64,000 nt of DNA from an uncultured Collinsella sp. (GCA_959602645.1 CAUGTZ010000008.1:3149-67148), one strand, 5' to 3'; positions 18,560 to 26,842 are shown, counted from the first letter of the stretch. Notes: a model not told the origin generated them from the sequence alone. Numbers and translations: made by a program.

Positions 18560-18854
18560 CGTCGTTATACTCAAAAGCGCGCGATATGAGTACGAGAGTA
18601 TCGTCGGGTACCTTGCTCAAATCCTCAAGAATCCGCGTGCAGCAGGCAATTTTGTCGCTGAGTTTGAATATCAGCTTGATCTGCTTCGCGAGCAGCCGCT
18701 CCTACGTCCCCTCTCGCATATGCAAGAGCTGGCGGCACGTAATTACCGATCGTTTCCCGTCAACAACTACGTGTGTCTATACAAGTTTGAGCACGAAACA
18801 ATCTATATAGCCCACATCTTTCATCAGTCACAGGACTACGCCCGCCTGGTCTAG
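18549..18854 (+). CDS. type II toxin, RelE/ParE family
   Basis: 101-aa ORF; ParE-like C-terminus (NYVCLYKFEHETIYIAHIFHQSQDY); translationally coupled to the antitoxin. Confidence 0.75.
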   Translation: MTYNVVILKSARYEYESIVGYLAQILKNPRAAGNFVAEFEYQLDLLREQPLLRPLSHMQELAARNYRSFPVNNYVCLYKFEHETIYIAHIFHQSQDYARLV

Positions 18855-18965
18855 CCCACAAGCTGAATACTTGGCCCAAGCGCATATAGCATGTCATTTT
18901 GCGCGTCATTGTGAAGCGATAATCCCCGCGCCGGCAGAGGACAGAAGTATCGTCTGCAGCGTTAG

Positions 18966-19730
18966 CTAGCAGATGACCCGCGTGTGTTCCTCGATGGCAG
19001 TGCGGTCCTCGGCGGTAATACCCGGCTCGCACACCACGGCGTCCAGGCTGTCCAGGCGGCAGAAGGTGTAGAAGTCGCGCTTGCCGATCTTGCTGGAGTC
19101 GGCGATCAGATAGCGCGAGTCGGCCTTGCTAAAGGCGAGCTGCTGGATACGGCCCTCGTCCATGTTGGACGTAGACACGTCGCCATCCAGAATGCCGTTG
19201 GCGCCGATAAACGCCGCATCGATGCCCAGCGCACGCAGGGTATCCTCGGCCGTTGGTCCCACAAAAGCGGCGGTGCGGCGACGGTACATACCGCCCACGA
19301 GACACAGGTCGCAGTCTTCGCGCGCCTCGAGCAGGTTAAACACCGAAAGCGAATTGGTCACAATGCGCAGGCGGCACGCCGGCAGCATCGAGGCCATCTG
19401 CTCAACCGTAGTGCCCGTACCCAAAAAGATGGTCGAGCCCTCCTCGATAAGCTCCACGGCGCGGCGCGCGATCTGCAGCTTTTCCTCGGCATGCTTGGTG
19501 CGCTTTTCGCTGTGCGAATACTCATGGCGTAGCATAGCGTGGGGACGGCCCTGTGCACTGCGGGCTCCGCCGTGCACGCGCTCAATCTCGCCCAGGCTCG
19601 CAAGTTCCTCAAGGTCGCGGCGGATCGTCATGTCCGAGACGCCTAACGCATCTGAGATCTCCTTAACCGAGACCGTGCCCTGCTCTTCGAGCAGCTGACG
19701 AACCCTATCCTGTCGCTCTGCCTTAATCAC
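18966..19730 (-). CDS. DeoR/GlpR-family transcriptional regulator (LacR/AgaR-like)
   Basis: N-terminal wHTH (RVRQLLEEQGTVSVKEISDALGVSDMTIRRDLEEL) plus DeoR C-terminal sugar-phosphate domain. GTG at 19730 has a GAGGA RBS; the ORF is open to GTG 19757. Confidence 0.85.
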   Translation of the reverse strand: MIKAERQDRVRQLLEEQGTVSVKEISDALGVSDMTIRRDLEELASLGEIERVHGGARSAQGRPHAMLRHEYSHSEKRTKHAEEKLQIARRAVELIEEGSTIFLGTGTTVEQMASMLPACRLRIVTNSLSVFNLLEAREDCDLCLVGGMYRRRTAAFVGPTAEDTLRALGIDAAFIGANGILDGDVSTSNMDEGRIQQLAFSKADSRYLIADSSKIGKRDFYTFCRLDSLDAVVCEPGITAEDRTAIEEHTRVIC

Positions 19731-19761
19731 GATGAATCCTCGCCGTTCTTTGCGCACATAT

Positions 19762-19782
19762 CATTCAAACAGTAACGAACAA
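19762..19782. promoter_or_regulatory. CATTCAAACA-N5-GAACAA operator-like motif in the deoR/galM divergent region
   Basis: Third identical copy of the 10-mer, with the same N5-GAACAA spacing as 3377-3397. Confidence 0.4.
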
Positions 19783-19936
19783 ATTGTATCAGACTCGTGC
19801 GCGTCAAAAATGAACGCCCGCACAGCTCCAATCATCACTTTTTTGAGAAAAATACCCCCTGCTTTAGTGGGGTGTAGTGATAATCTCGCCTGTTCGCGCT
19901 ACAGTTTGTCGGAAATACCTCGATGTTAGGAACCAA

Positions 19937-20989
19937 ATGATCACTTCCGAGCTTTTCGGCACCGCGCCGTGCGGTACCCCCGTTCATCGTTACACCCTCA
20001 ACGGGCCCGAGATCTGCGTTCGCATTATGGACTATGGCGCCACCGTGCTGGGTATCGATGTGCCCGACATTCCCGGCAACGTGCGCGATGTGGTGCTGGG
20101 CTTCGATAAGCTCGAGGATTACTTTGACAACCCCGCCTGCTTTGGCGCGACCATCGGCCCCGTGGCAAACCGCACCGCGGGCGCCACAATCACCATCGAC
20201 GGCACGGACTGGCATTTGCCGGCCAACGAAGGCGTCAACAACCTGCACAGCGATCTTGAGCACGGCCTGCACAAGCGCGTATGGGATGTTGAGCTCGACG
20301 AGGTCCACAATGCCGTGCGCATGACCACCTCGCTTGAGGATGGCGAGCTGGGCCTACCCGGCAACCGCACCTTTACGGCCGTGTTTACCGTGACGCGCAC
20401 CGGCGTCTTTCGTGTCGAGTATGGCTGCGAGAGCGACCGCGCCACCTACGTGTCCATGACCAACCACACGTACTTTAACCTTGCCGGCCATAACGCCGGC
20501 ATGGACTGCGAGCACTTCTTTGTCGCCAACGCTACCCATTACCTGCCCATTAACGAGCAGAACATCCCCACCGGCGAGATCGCTCCGGTCGAGGGCACGC
20601 CGTTTGACTTCCGCGAGCTGCGTCCCGTCGCTCCCGGCATGGAGGCCGACGATCCGCAGATTAAGCAGGCCCGTGGCTACGATCACTGTCTGTGCATCGA
20701 TGGCTATCAGTACGGCCGTAATCTGCGCCGCGCGATGCATGTTGAGGAGATGTGGACCGGCCGCGAACTGGACTACTACACCACCGCCCCGGGCGTGCAG
20801 CTCTACACCGGCAACTGGCTGGGCGACGAGCATGCCAAGGACGATGCCAACTATGGCTGGGGCGCCGGCTTTGCCCTCGAGGCAGAGATGTACCCCGACA
20901 CGCCGCACCAGCCGCTGTTCCCGCAGGGCATTGTGGGCCCGGGTCACCCCTACAGCAATGTGATCGAATATCACTTTATGAGGCACTAA
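19937..20989 (+). CDS. galM: aldose 1-epimerase (galactose mutarotase)
   Basis: 350 aa from ATG 19937; mutarotase pattern (GATVLGIDVPD, GATIGPVANR, HSDLEHGLHKRVW, NHTYFNL). Confidence 0.85.
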   Translation: MITSELFGTAPCGTPVHRYTLNGPEICVRIMDYGATVLGIDVPDIPGNVRDVVLGFDKLEDYFDNPACFGATIGPVANRTAGATITIDGTDWHLPANEGVNNLHSDLEHGLHKRVWDVELDEVHNAVRMTTSLEDGELGLPGNRTFTAVFTVTRTGVFRVEYGCESDRATYVSMTNHTYFNLAGHNAGMDCEHFFVANATHYLPINEQNIPTGEIAPVEGTPFDFRELRPVAPGMEADDPQIKQARGYDHCLCIDGYQYGRNLRRAMHVEEMWTGRELDYYTTAPGVQLYTGNWLGDEHAKDDANYGWGAGFALEAEMYPDTPHQPLFPQGIVGPGHPYSNVIEYHFMRH

Positions 20990-21015
20990 GCCCACAACGC
21001 GACATATCGCACAGC

Positions 21016-21058
21016 AGCGCCCGCCGGCACCACCGCCGACGGGCGCTTTTTCATCTTT
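21016..21058 (+). terminator. intrinsic terminator of galM
   Basis: AGCGCCCGCCGGC/GCCGACGGGCGCT stem followed by TTTTTCATCTTTT. Confidence 0.65.
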
Positions 21059-21070
21059 TGGGCTCATTTT

Positions 21071-21317
21071 CGCTGTGACTGTATGAGTGACATATCAAAA
21101 CTATGCCCATTTACTACGTTTAGCCCAGGATGCTCGACCATGCACCGGTTTTTGTTAAATTCGCGAGCCGTCTACCTGCGGTTTTGTTTTACCCAAATTC
21201 GACATGCTCGGCGATAGCCGATCAAACGTAGTAAACGGACATAGTTTTTGACAGGCGGCATCGCCGCGTCCCTCGCAAGGGCAAAATGATCCGTTTTCCT
21301 CCGTCCCCAAGGGATCA
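21071..21317 (-). repeat. family-B structured element, copy 2 (about 247 bp)
   Basis: 25-bp arms at 21097-21121/21224-21248; the two arm mismatches are G-U pairs only on the minus-strand transcript; core TCTACCTGCGG at 21171-21181; the end block abuts the stop of the EIIB-like gene. Confidence 0.75.
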
Positions 21318-21797
21318 GTTGAACAGATTGCCGATGGGGTCGGGGGCGGAACTGGGGAGATAGCGGATTTCTAGCTCTATGCCGAGCGCCTGCAGTTCTT
21401 TGAGGGCAGCAACGTCTGCGTCGCTCACGGCAACCGCGGGCGTTATGGGGCGCTTGCCCTCCCCTGCCTGCATATGGCCAATGTTGATTTTGGTGATCGG
21501 CACACCGCCCTTAACCAGCGCGAGCGCATCGGCGGGTGAGGCCACCATGATGAGAATCCATTGGCGCGGCGTTGCGGTATGAATGATGTCGATGGTCCTT
21601 TGCACCGAGAAAAACCGCGTCCAAACGCCTTCTGGCGCCGCCACCCTCATGGGTGCCCATTGGCGCGAATCCGCCGCGATCTCATCGTTGACGATTAGGA
21701 CAAGGTTGGAACCCACGGCTTCGTTCCACAGCTCAACGTCTTGCCCGTAAATGAAACGGTCGTCGATACGCGTGAGAAGAATCTTGGGTTGAGCCAT
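21315..21797 (-). CDS. orphan PTS mannose-family EIIB paralog with Tyr in place of the phospho-His
   Basis: 160 aa; aligns end to end with the EIIB at 31065-31547, but the RLVHGQV motif reads RFIYGQD (TAC codon). Confidence 0.75.
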   Translation of the reverse strand: MAQPKILLTRIDDRFIYGQDVELWNEAVGSNLVLIVNDEIAADSRQWAPMRVAAPEGVWTRFFSVQRTIDIIHTATPRQWILIMVASPADALALVKGGVPITKINIGHMQAGEGKRPITPAVAVSDADVAALKELQALGIELEIRYLPSSAPDPIGNLFN

Positions 21798-21954
21798 GGC
21801 TGCCCCATTCTGTTTGAGACCCATACGAGCGGGACATCACGTCTCCAATATTAGTGCATTTAAAGTGAGAAAAGCCGTCAGAACCCTTGCGCGGATGTGC
21901 GATGTCCCGTATCATAGACAGCCGTTGACGCCTCAGTTGCGTCACCACATGGCC

Positions 21955-22030
21955 GCCAGCGTAGCTCAGTTGGTAGAGCACCGCTCTCGTAAAGCGGGGG
22001 TCACCGGTTCGAGCCCGGTCGCTGGCTCCA
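21955..22030 (+). tRNA. tRNA-Thr (anticodon CGU) with encoded CCA
   Basis: Cloverleaf read by hand: acceptor GCCAGCG/CGCTGGC, D arm GCTCAGTTGGTAGAGC, anticodon stem CCGCT/AGCGG with loop CTCGTAA, T arm ACCGGTTCGAGCCCGGT, then TCCA. Confidence 0.9.
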
Positions 22031-22041
22031 TTGCACAAGAT

Positions 22042-22066
22042 AGCCGCCTTCGGGCGGCTTTTTTGT
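22042..22066 (+). terminator. intrinsic terminator after tRNA-Thr
   Basis: AGCCGCC-ttcg-GGCGGCT followed by TTTTTTG. Confidence 0.75.
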
Positions 22067-22125
22067 TGCCGATTTTGAGTGCGCATGCGCCAATCCAAGC
22101 ATCGCCACGTCGACAGCTCCCCTAT

Positions 22126-22183
22126 TCAAAACTAGAAAACCCCGCCAAACGTGATTCCCCTAGGGAAAACACGTTTGGCGGGG
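22126..22183 (-). terminator. intrinsic terminator of the yhcH-like gene
   Basis: 14-bp stem CCCCGCCAAACGTG/CACGTTTGGCGGGG; the minus strand then reads TTTTCTAGTTTT. Confidence 0.6.
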
Positions 22184-22245
22184 TCCTAGCGCGATTTCCA
22201 TAGGGAAATCGCGCCATCAGACGAGCAGCTCAGACGAGCAGTGCG

Positions 22246-22719
22246 CTACTCCTCCCAGTAAGCGTCTGCAAGCAGCTTAAAGCAAATCTTCTTGACCGGC
22301 TGCGCGCCATCGCCCGGGAACTCGAGCGTGGGCATGTGAGGCTCGCCGGCAACGAACAGCGCAAACTTGTCGTCAGCAAGATCGCCGGCGATCGAGGCGT
22401 CGGAATCGACAAGATCGTAGTCATCCTTCTCGTCAAACTCCTGGACCAGCGTCAGGCTGCCCGTGGCAACCTTAAAGGCCTCGCGACCCTCGACGTCAAT
22501 CTGCAAGTCGTGATAGCGCTGATGCGTCTCGTAGTGGGCCTCAGCCTCGGGACGCGTCGTGGGAGCCATGACGTTCGCAAAGACCTTGTCGCCCAGAATC
22601 GGATGGCTGCCGACCTCGAGCTTCGCCGGGTCGTTCTCCTCGAGCCAGTCAATCAGCACGTCAAGGCCCTTGAGCATTCCGCGGTACTCCTCGATATCGC
22701 CCAGTGCACCGTAAATCAT
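22246..22719 (-). CDS. YhcH/YjgK/YiaL (EbgC-like, DUF386) family protein
   Basis: 157-aa ORF; cupin-like pattern (HPILGDKVFANV, EAHYETHQRYHDLQIDVEG, FALFVAGEPHMP). Confidence 0.7.
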   Translation of the reverse strand: MIYGALGDIEEYRGMLKGLDVLIDWLEENDPAKLEVGSHPILGDKVFANVMAPTTRPEAEAHYETHQRYHDLQIDVEGREAFKVATGSLTLVQEFDEKDDYDLVDSDASIAGDLADDKFALFVAGEPHMPTLEFPGDGAQPVKKICFKLLADAYWEE

Positions 22720-22744
22720 CTAAATCCCCTCTCGGATCGTTTCT

Positions 22745-22876
22745 TTAGCGGCTCTCGGCAAACGCGCCGCCGACGCTGTTGCCGCCCACATACGTCTCGA
22801 CCAGGGTAAGGTCGGGATTGAACACGACAACGTCGGCGTCGCGCCCCGGCATAATGCTACCGCACTTGTCGTCGAC
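22745..22876 (-). pseudogene. remnant of the 3' end of a nagA-like deacetylase gene
   Basis: Translates VDDKCGSIMPGRDADVVVFNPDLTLVETYVGGNSVGGAFAESR*, collinear with the C-terminus of the intact NagA at 25616-26791 (IEDKCGSIMPGRDADFVVFDHELTLVETYVGGQSVGNAFTE*); no upstream body. Confidence 0.7.
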
Positions 22877-22922
22877 TCCAACCACAAGCAAACGACCGAT
22901 GCCGGAGCCGCAGCACAACCTC

Positions 22923-23858
22923 TTACAGCTCGGTCACGACAACGCCGTTGTAAACCTCGTCCCAACGGTCCATGACCAGATGACCAGTCATGGGATCCAT
23001 GGCGTTGAGCTTGCCGCAGGTGTTGGCGGTACGCAGTACCGTCTCGTCGTCTGCGTCAGCTGCGATGGCATGTGCGAAGCCTGCGATAGTGGAGTCACCA
23101 GAGCCCGTAGCGTTAACGGCAGGGATATCGGGCGTCTTCGCGCGGAACGCACGGCCATTGTGGAAGCCAACGGAGCCGGCAGCGCCCATGGACACGACGA
23201 CCCAGGGGATATCGGAGAAGCGGGCGCCAGAGGCGAGCGCGGCGCGGAGCTCATCCACATCGTCGGTGGTAAAGTTCGTGCCCAGAAGGCCGTTGATCTC
23301 GGTCAGGTTAGGCTTGACCAGCTCGGGCTTAATTTCGGACTTAAGGGCGGCCTCGAGCGAAGCACCCGAGGTATCGAGCAGCACCTTGGCGCCGGCGTTC
23401 TCGGCAATGCCCGTGATCTTGGCATAGTAGTCTGCCTCGACACCGCGGGGCAGCGAACCCGAAATGGTGACGACGTCGGCCTTACCTGCAAGCTCGGTAA
23501 ACTTGGCGGTAAAGGCATCGAGCTCCTCGGGGGCAATTGTCGGGCCGCTCTCGAGCAGCTCGGTCTGGTTGCCGGCGTGGAGAATGTTAAGGCAAATGCG
23601 AGTCTCGCCCTTGATGGGCACAAAGTCGTTGTTAATACCGTTGGCGTCCATGAGCTCAGCCATGTAGGCGCCCATGTGGCCGCCGAGCAGACCGGTTGCC
23701 ACAACGTCGTCGCCCAGCTGACCCAGCACACGGGCCACGTTGAGGCCCTTGCCGCCGGCGGTCTTTTCGGGCGTCACACGGTTGACGTCGTCGATAATGA
23801 GCTCATCGAGCTGATAGCGCGTATCGACAGACGGGTTCATCGTAACGGTGAGGATCAT
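22923..23858 (-). CDS. lacC: tagatose-6-phosphate kinase (PfkB / 1-phosphofructokinase family)
   Basis: 311-aa ORF; MILTVTMNPSVD, GGKGLNVARVL, C-terminal ATGSGDSTIAGF motif. Confidence 0.85.
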   Translation of the reverse strand: MILTVTMNPSVDTRYQLDELIIDDVNRVTPEKTAGGKGLNVARVLGQLGDDVVATGLLGGHMGAYMAELMDANGINNDFVPIKGETRICLNILHAGNQTELLESGPTIAPEELDAFTAKFTELAGKADVVTISGSLPRGVEADYYAKITGIAENAGAKVLLDTSGASLEAALKSEIKPELVKPNLTEINGLLGTNFTTDDVDELRAALASGARFSDIPWVVVSMGAAGSVGFHNGRAFRAKTPDIPAVNATGSGDSTIAGFAHAIAADADDETVLRTANTCGKLNAMDPMTGHLVMDRWDEVYNGVVVTEL

Positions 23859-23917
23859 TTTTAGCTCCTTATCTCGCAGGCTCCTTATGCCTCGCGATAC
23901 GAGTCGACAAAACGGAA

Positions 23918-24799
23918 TTACAGAATCTCAATCGTGAACGAGCGGACGATGGTCTCCTTGGGCTTGGCGACAAGGCAGCCGCGCTTATGCTCAAGTACGT
24001 CGTCCTCATCGGAGCAGGTCGAGAGGCCGCCCCAAGGCTCAACTGCCACAAAATCGCCCTCGGGCTTACTCCACACGATGAGGTACGGAAAGCCCTCGAA
24101 GCTCAGGCGAACGCCCTTGTCCTCGCCCTTTTTGGAAATCGTGACCTGACGACTCTCGAGTACGTCAAAGATGGTCTCCGCAAAATCGAAGAGCTCGTGC
24201 GACAGGGGCAACGTCTTCCCCACCATGGGGTTCTTGGAGCGGTTTGCCACATCAATCAAGCCAGTCGATGGAACGGCGGTGCAGAGCTCCGCAGCCTCGT
24301 CCTTCTCAAAGCGCAGCTCGTAGTCCGTATAGACCTCGCCCTCATCGAGCGGGCACCTAAAGCCGGGATGTCCACCGATAAAGAACGGCATGTCCTCGGT
24401 GCCTTCATTGGTCACCTCATAGGAGACACGCACGGCGGCGTCCTCGAGCGTATAGCGGGCGACAAGCTTAAACGGATACGGATAATCGCTCAGCAACGCG
24501 GCGTTATCCTCCGAAGCCAGGCACATCGCCAGCTCGTTCTCACTCTGGCTCAGCAGCTTCCACTCCTGTTTGCGCGCAAACCCGTGGCGAGCGAGCTTTA
24601 CATGATGCCCGGCAAACGTCATGGCGCTGTTGTCACGCAAGCCTCCACAAATCGGGAAGCAAATCGGTGCCTGGCCGGACCACACGGCGGGATCGCCCTG
24701 CCACAGATACTCGCGACCTCCGGCCTCGATCGAGGTAAACGAACCACCAGCCGTGGACACCTTAATAGAAATCGAATCGTTGGAGAGAGCGTATTCCAT
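23918..24799 (-). CDS. aldose 1-epimerase family protein (LacX/YihR-like)
   Basis: 293 aa from ATG 24799 (AAGGA RBS); pattern ICFPICGG, ARHGFAR, GGHPGF. Confidence 0.75.
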   Translation of the reverse strand: MEYALSNDSISIKVSTAGGSFTSIEAGGREYLWQGDPAVWSGQAPICFPICGGLRDNSAMTFAGHHVKLARHGFARKQEWKLLSQSENELAMCLASEDNAALLSDYPYPFKLVARYTLEDAAVRVSYEVTNEGTEDMPFFIGGHPGFRCPLDEGEVYTDYELRFEKDEAAELCTAVPSTGLIDVANRSKNPMVGKTLPLSHELFDFAETIFDVLESRQVTISKKGEDKGVRLSFEGFPYLIVWSKPEGDFVAVEPWGGLSTCSDEDDVLEHKRGCLVAKPKETIVRSFTIEIL

Positions 24800-24955
24800 T
24801 GCCCATCCTTTCGAACAACTGCTTTTTGCTCGCAAGCACCCGTCTCGGCCCTAACCAAAGGACAAACCCGCACGTTCATCGATGCGTCCGGTATCCCAGC
24901 CATGTAACGGGGTACCATACAGACATTGATGCAATTACAGCTGAAAGGCCTTCTT

Positions 24956-25540
24956 ATGCGAACCATCATCCTCTACGCCTCGCGCCATCACGGCAATACG
25001 AAAAAGCTCGTGGACGCCATCGTCGAGGCACACCCCGAGATCGATACCCTCGACGTCAAGGCGCTTGGCAAAAACGAGTACCCCGACCTGCACGAATATC
25101 ATCTGATCGGTGTCGCCACGGGCATCTATTACTCCGAGATCGACAAGGACATGGCACGAGTGCTCACGAACGTGCTGCAGCCGCAGGACAAGGTGTTTGG
25201 CCTTATGACCTACGGTGGCAAAAACAAGTGGTACGGCAAGGATATCGATGGCATCTGCCGCATGAGGCAGGCCATCTTTATGGGTGTCTACGGCTGCCCC
25301 GGCTTTGATACGTGGGGGCCTTTCAAACTCGCCGGCGGTGTCCAAAAGGGACACCCAACCGCTGAGGAAATTAAGGGCGCCGTCGACTTCTTCGATAAGA
25401 TCGAAGACGAATATGGCGATATCATCGTCGAAGAGTACGCCAAGCGCGAGAAGCGTCTAGCATACGAGAAGGAGCATCCTGCAGGAGGCCTGGTGGCCGG
25501 CGTCAAGCGCACGGCAAAGAAGATCGCTAACAAGCTGTAA
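24956..25540 (+). CDS. flavodoxin-family protein
   Basis: 194 aa from ATG 24956 (GAAAGG RBS); MRTIILYASRHHGNTKK flavodoxin-like N-terminus. Confidence 0.65.
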   Translation: MRTIILYASRHHGNTKKLVDAIVEAHPEIDTLDVKALGKNEYPDLHEYHLIGVATGIYYSEIDKDMARVLTNVLQPQDKVFGLMTYGGKNKWYGKDIDGICRMRQAIFMGVYGCPGFDTWGPFKLAGGVQKGHPTAEEIKGAVDFFDKIEDEYGDIIVEEYAKREKRLAYEKEHPAGGLVAGVKRTAKKIANKL

Positions 25541-25571
25541 CTGTGAAGGTGCTTTTGAGCGTTTAACCCAT

Positions 25572-25610
25572 ACGGCGGGTCCGAGCAGATTCGGGCCCGC
25601 CGTCTTTTTC
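25572..25610 (+). terminator. terminator between the convergent flavodoxin and nagA genes
   Basis: ACGGCGGGTCCGA/TCGGGCCCGCCGT stem followed by CTTTTTC. Confidence 0.65.
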
Positions 25611-25615
25611 TATCG

Positions 25616-26791
25616 TTACTCGGTAAAGGCGTTGCCGACGCTCTGGCCGCCAACATACGTCTCGACGAGGGTAAGCTCATGGTCGAACACGACAAAGTCG
25701 GCGTCGCGACCCGGCATGATGCTGCCGCACTTATCCTCGATGTGCGCGGAGCGTGCCGGCACCTCGGTTGCCATACGAATGGCGATATCGGCGCTGGCGA
25801 TGCCCCAGTCGACGATGTTCTTGACGCCCTGGGCAAGCGTGAGCACCGAGCCAGCAATGCTCTTGCCGTCGGCGAGCCAGCACAGGTTGTCCTTCATGAT
25901 GACGTCCATGCCACCACTGGTGTAGCTGCCCTCGGGCATGCCGCCGCAGCCCAGGCAGTCAGTGATGAGCACCGTGTGTTGCCAGCCCTTTGCCTGCAGC
26001 AGCGCCTTAATGGCGGCAGGGTTAACGTGCTTGCCGTCACAGATGATCTCGGCGTAGGTCTCGGGCGTGGACATGGCAGCGCCCACGACACCGGGCTCAC
26101 GGTGATGCAGCCCGCGCTGACCGTTATAGGTATGCGTAAAGCAGCTGGCACCGGCGTTGATGGAGGCGATGCACTCATCGTAGGTGGCGTCGGAGTGACC
26201 GATGCTGGTCACCACACCCTTGGCGTTCAGAGCAGCCGCATAAGCAGCGGCACCGTCGCGCTCGGCCGCCATGGCGCTCTTAACGATGCGACCACCCGCA
26301 GCCTCCTGCCACTGATCGAAGACCTCCTCGGAGGGATCGATGAGGTAAGCGGGGTTCTGCGCGCCCACGTGCTTCATGGTAAAGAAGGGGCCCTCCAGGT
26401 AGATGCCCTGAATGCGGGCACCGCAGAAGTCGGGGCCGCGACCCTCGTCCGCCTGAGCGATGGCGGCGCAGGCGTCCTTGATCTGCTCGACGCCATCGGT
26501 GAACGTCGTGGGCAGCCAGCTGGTGGTACCGCGACGGGCGAGCTCGGTCGAGCTGATATCGATGCCCTCGGGATCGTTATCGGTAGTTGAGTGGTTGTAG
26601 AAGCCATGGATGTGAGTATCGACCATACCCGGTGCGATCCACGATCCCGTGTAGTCCTTAATCTCGCAAGAGGGCTCGTCGGCCTGCCAGGCGCCAAAGA
26701 CGCCATCCTCGACCATAAGATAGCCGCCCAGTTGCGGGCCTGCCGGCAAGAAGAACTTGTCAGCCTTAATTGCGTACGTGCTCATATGCAC
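25616..26791 (-). CDS. nagA: N-acetylglucosamine/galactosamine-6-phosphate deacetylase
   Basis: 391-aa amidohydrolase; GMVDTHIHG, GIYLEGPFF, GHSDATY, HTYNG motifs. Confidence 0.85.
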   Translation of the reverse strand: MHMSTYAIKADKFFLPAGPQLGGYLMVEDGVFGAWQADEPSCEIKDYTGSWIAPGMVDTHIHGFYNHSTTDNDPEGIDISSTELARRGTTSWLPTTFTDGVEQIKDACAAIAQADEGRGPDFCGARIQGIYLEGPFFTMKHVGAQNPAYLIDPSEEVFDQWQEAAGGRIVKSAMAAERDGAAAYAAALNAKGVVTSIGHSDATYDECIASINAGASCFTHTYNGQRGLHHREPGVVGAAMSTPETYAEIICDGKHVNPAAIKALLQAKGWQHTVLITDCLGCGGMPEGSYTSGGMDVIMKDNLCWLADGKSIAGSVLTLAQGVKNIVDWGIASADIAIRMATEVPARSAHIEDKCGSIMPGRDADFVVFDHELTLVETYVGGQSVGNAFTE

Positions 26792-26842
26792 TCCTTGCTT
26801 CTAAAGCAGTTGACTGTGGTAATGCTTATACCCGGTCCATGT

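Noticed and set aside
21887-21915. Possible sigma-70-type promoter for tRNA-Thr (TTGCGC-N17-TATCAT)
   Set aside because: Spacing is plausible but the hexamers are weak, there is no supporting data, and a 40-nt leader would be required. Not reported as a feature.
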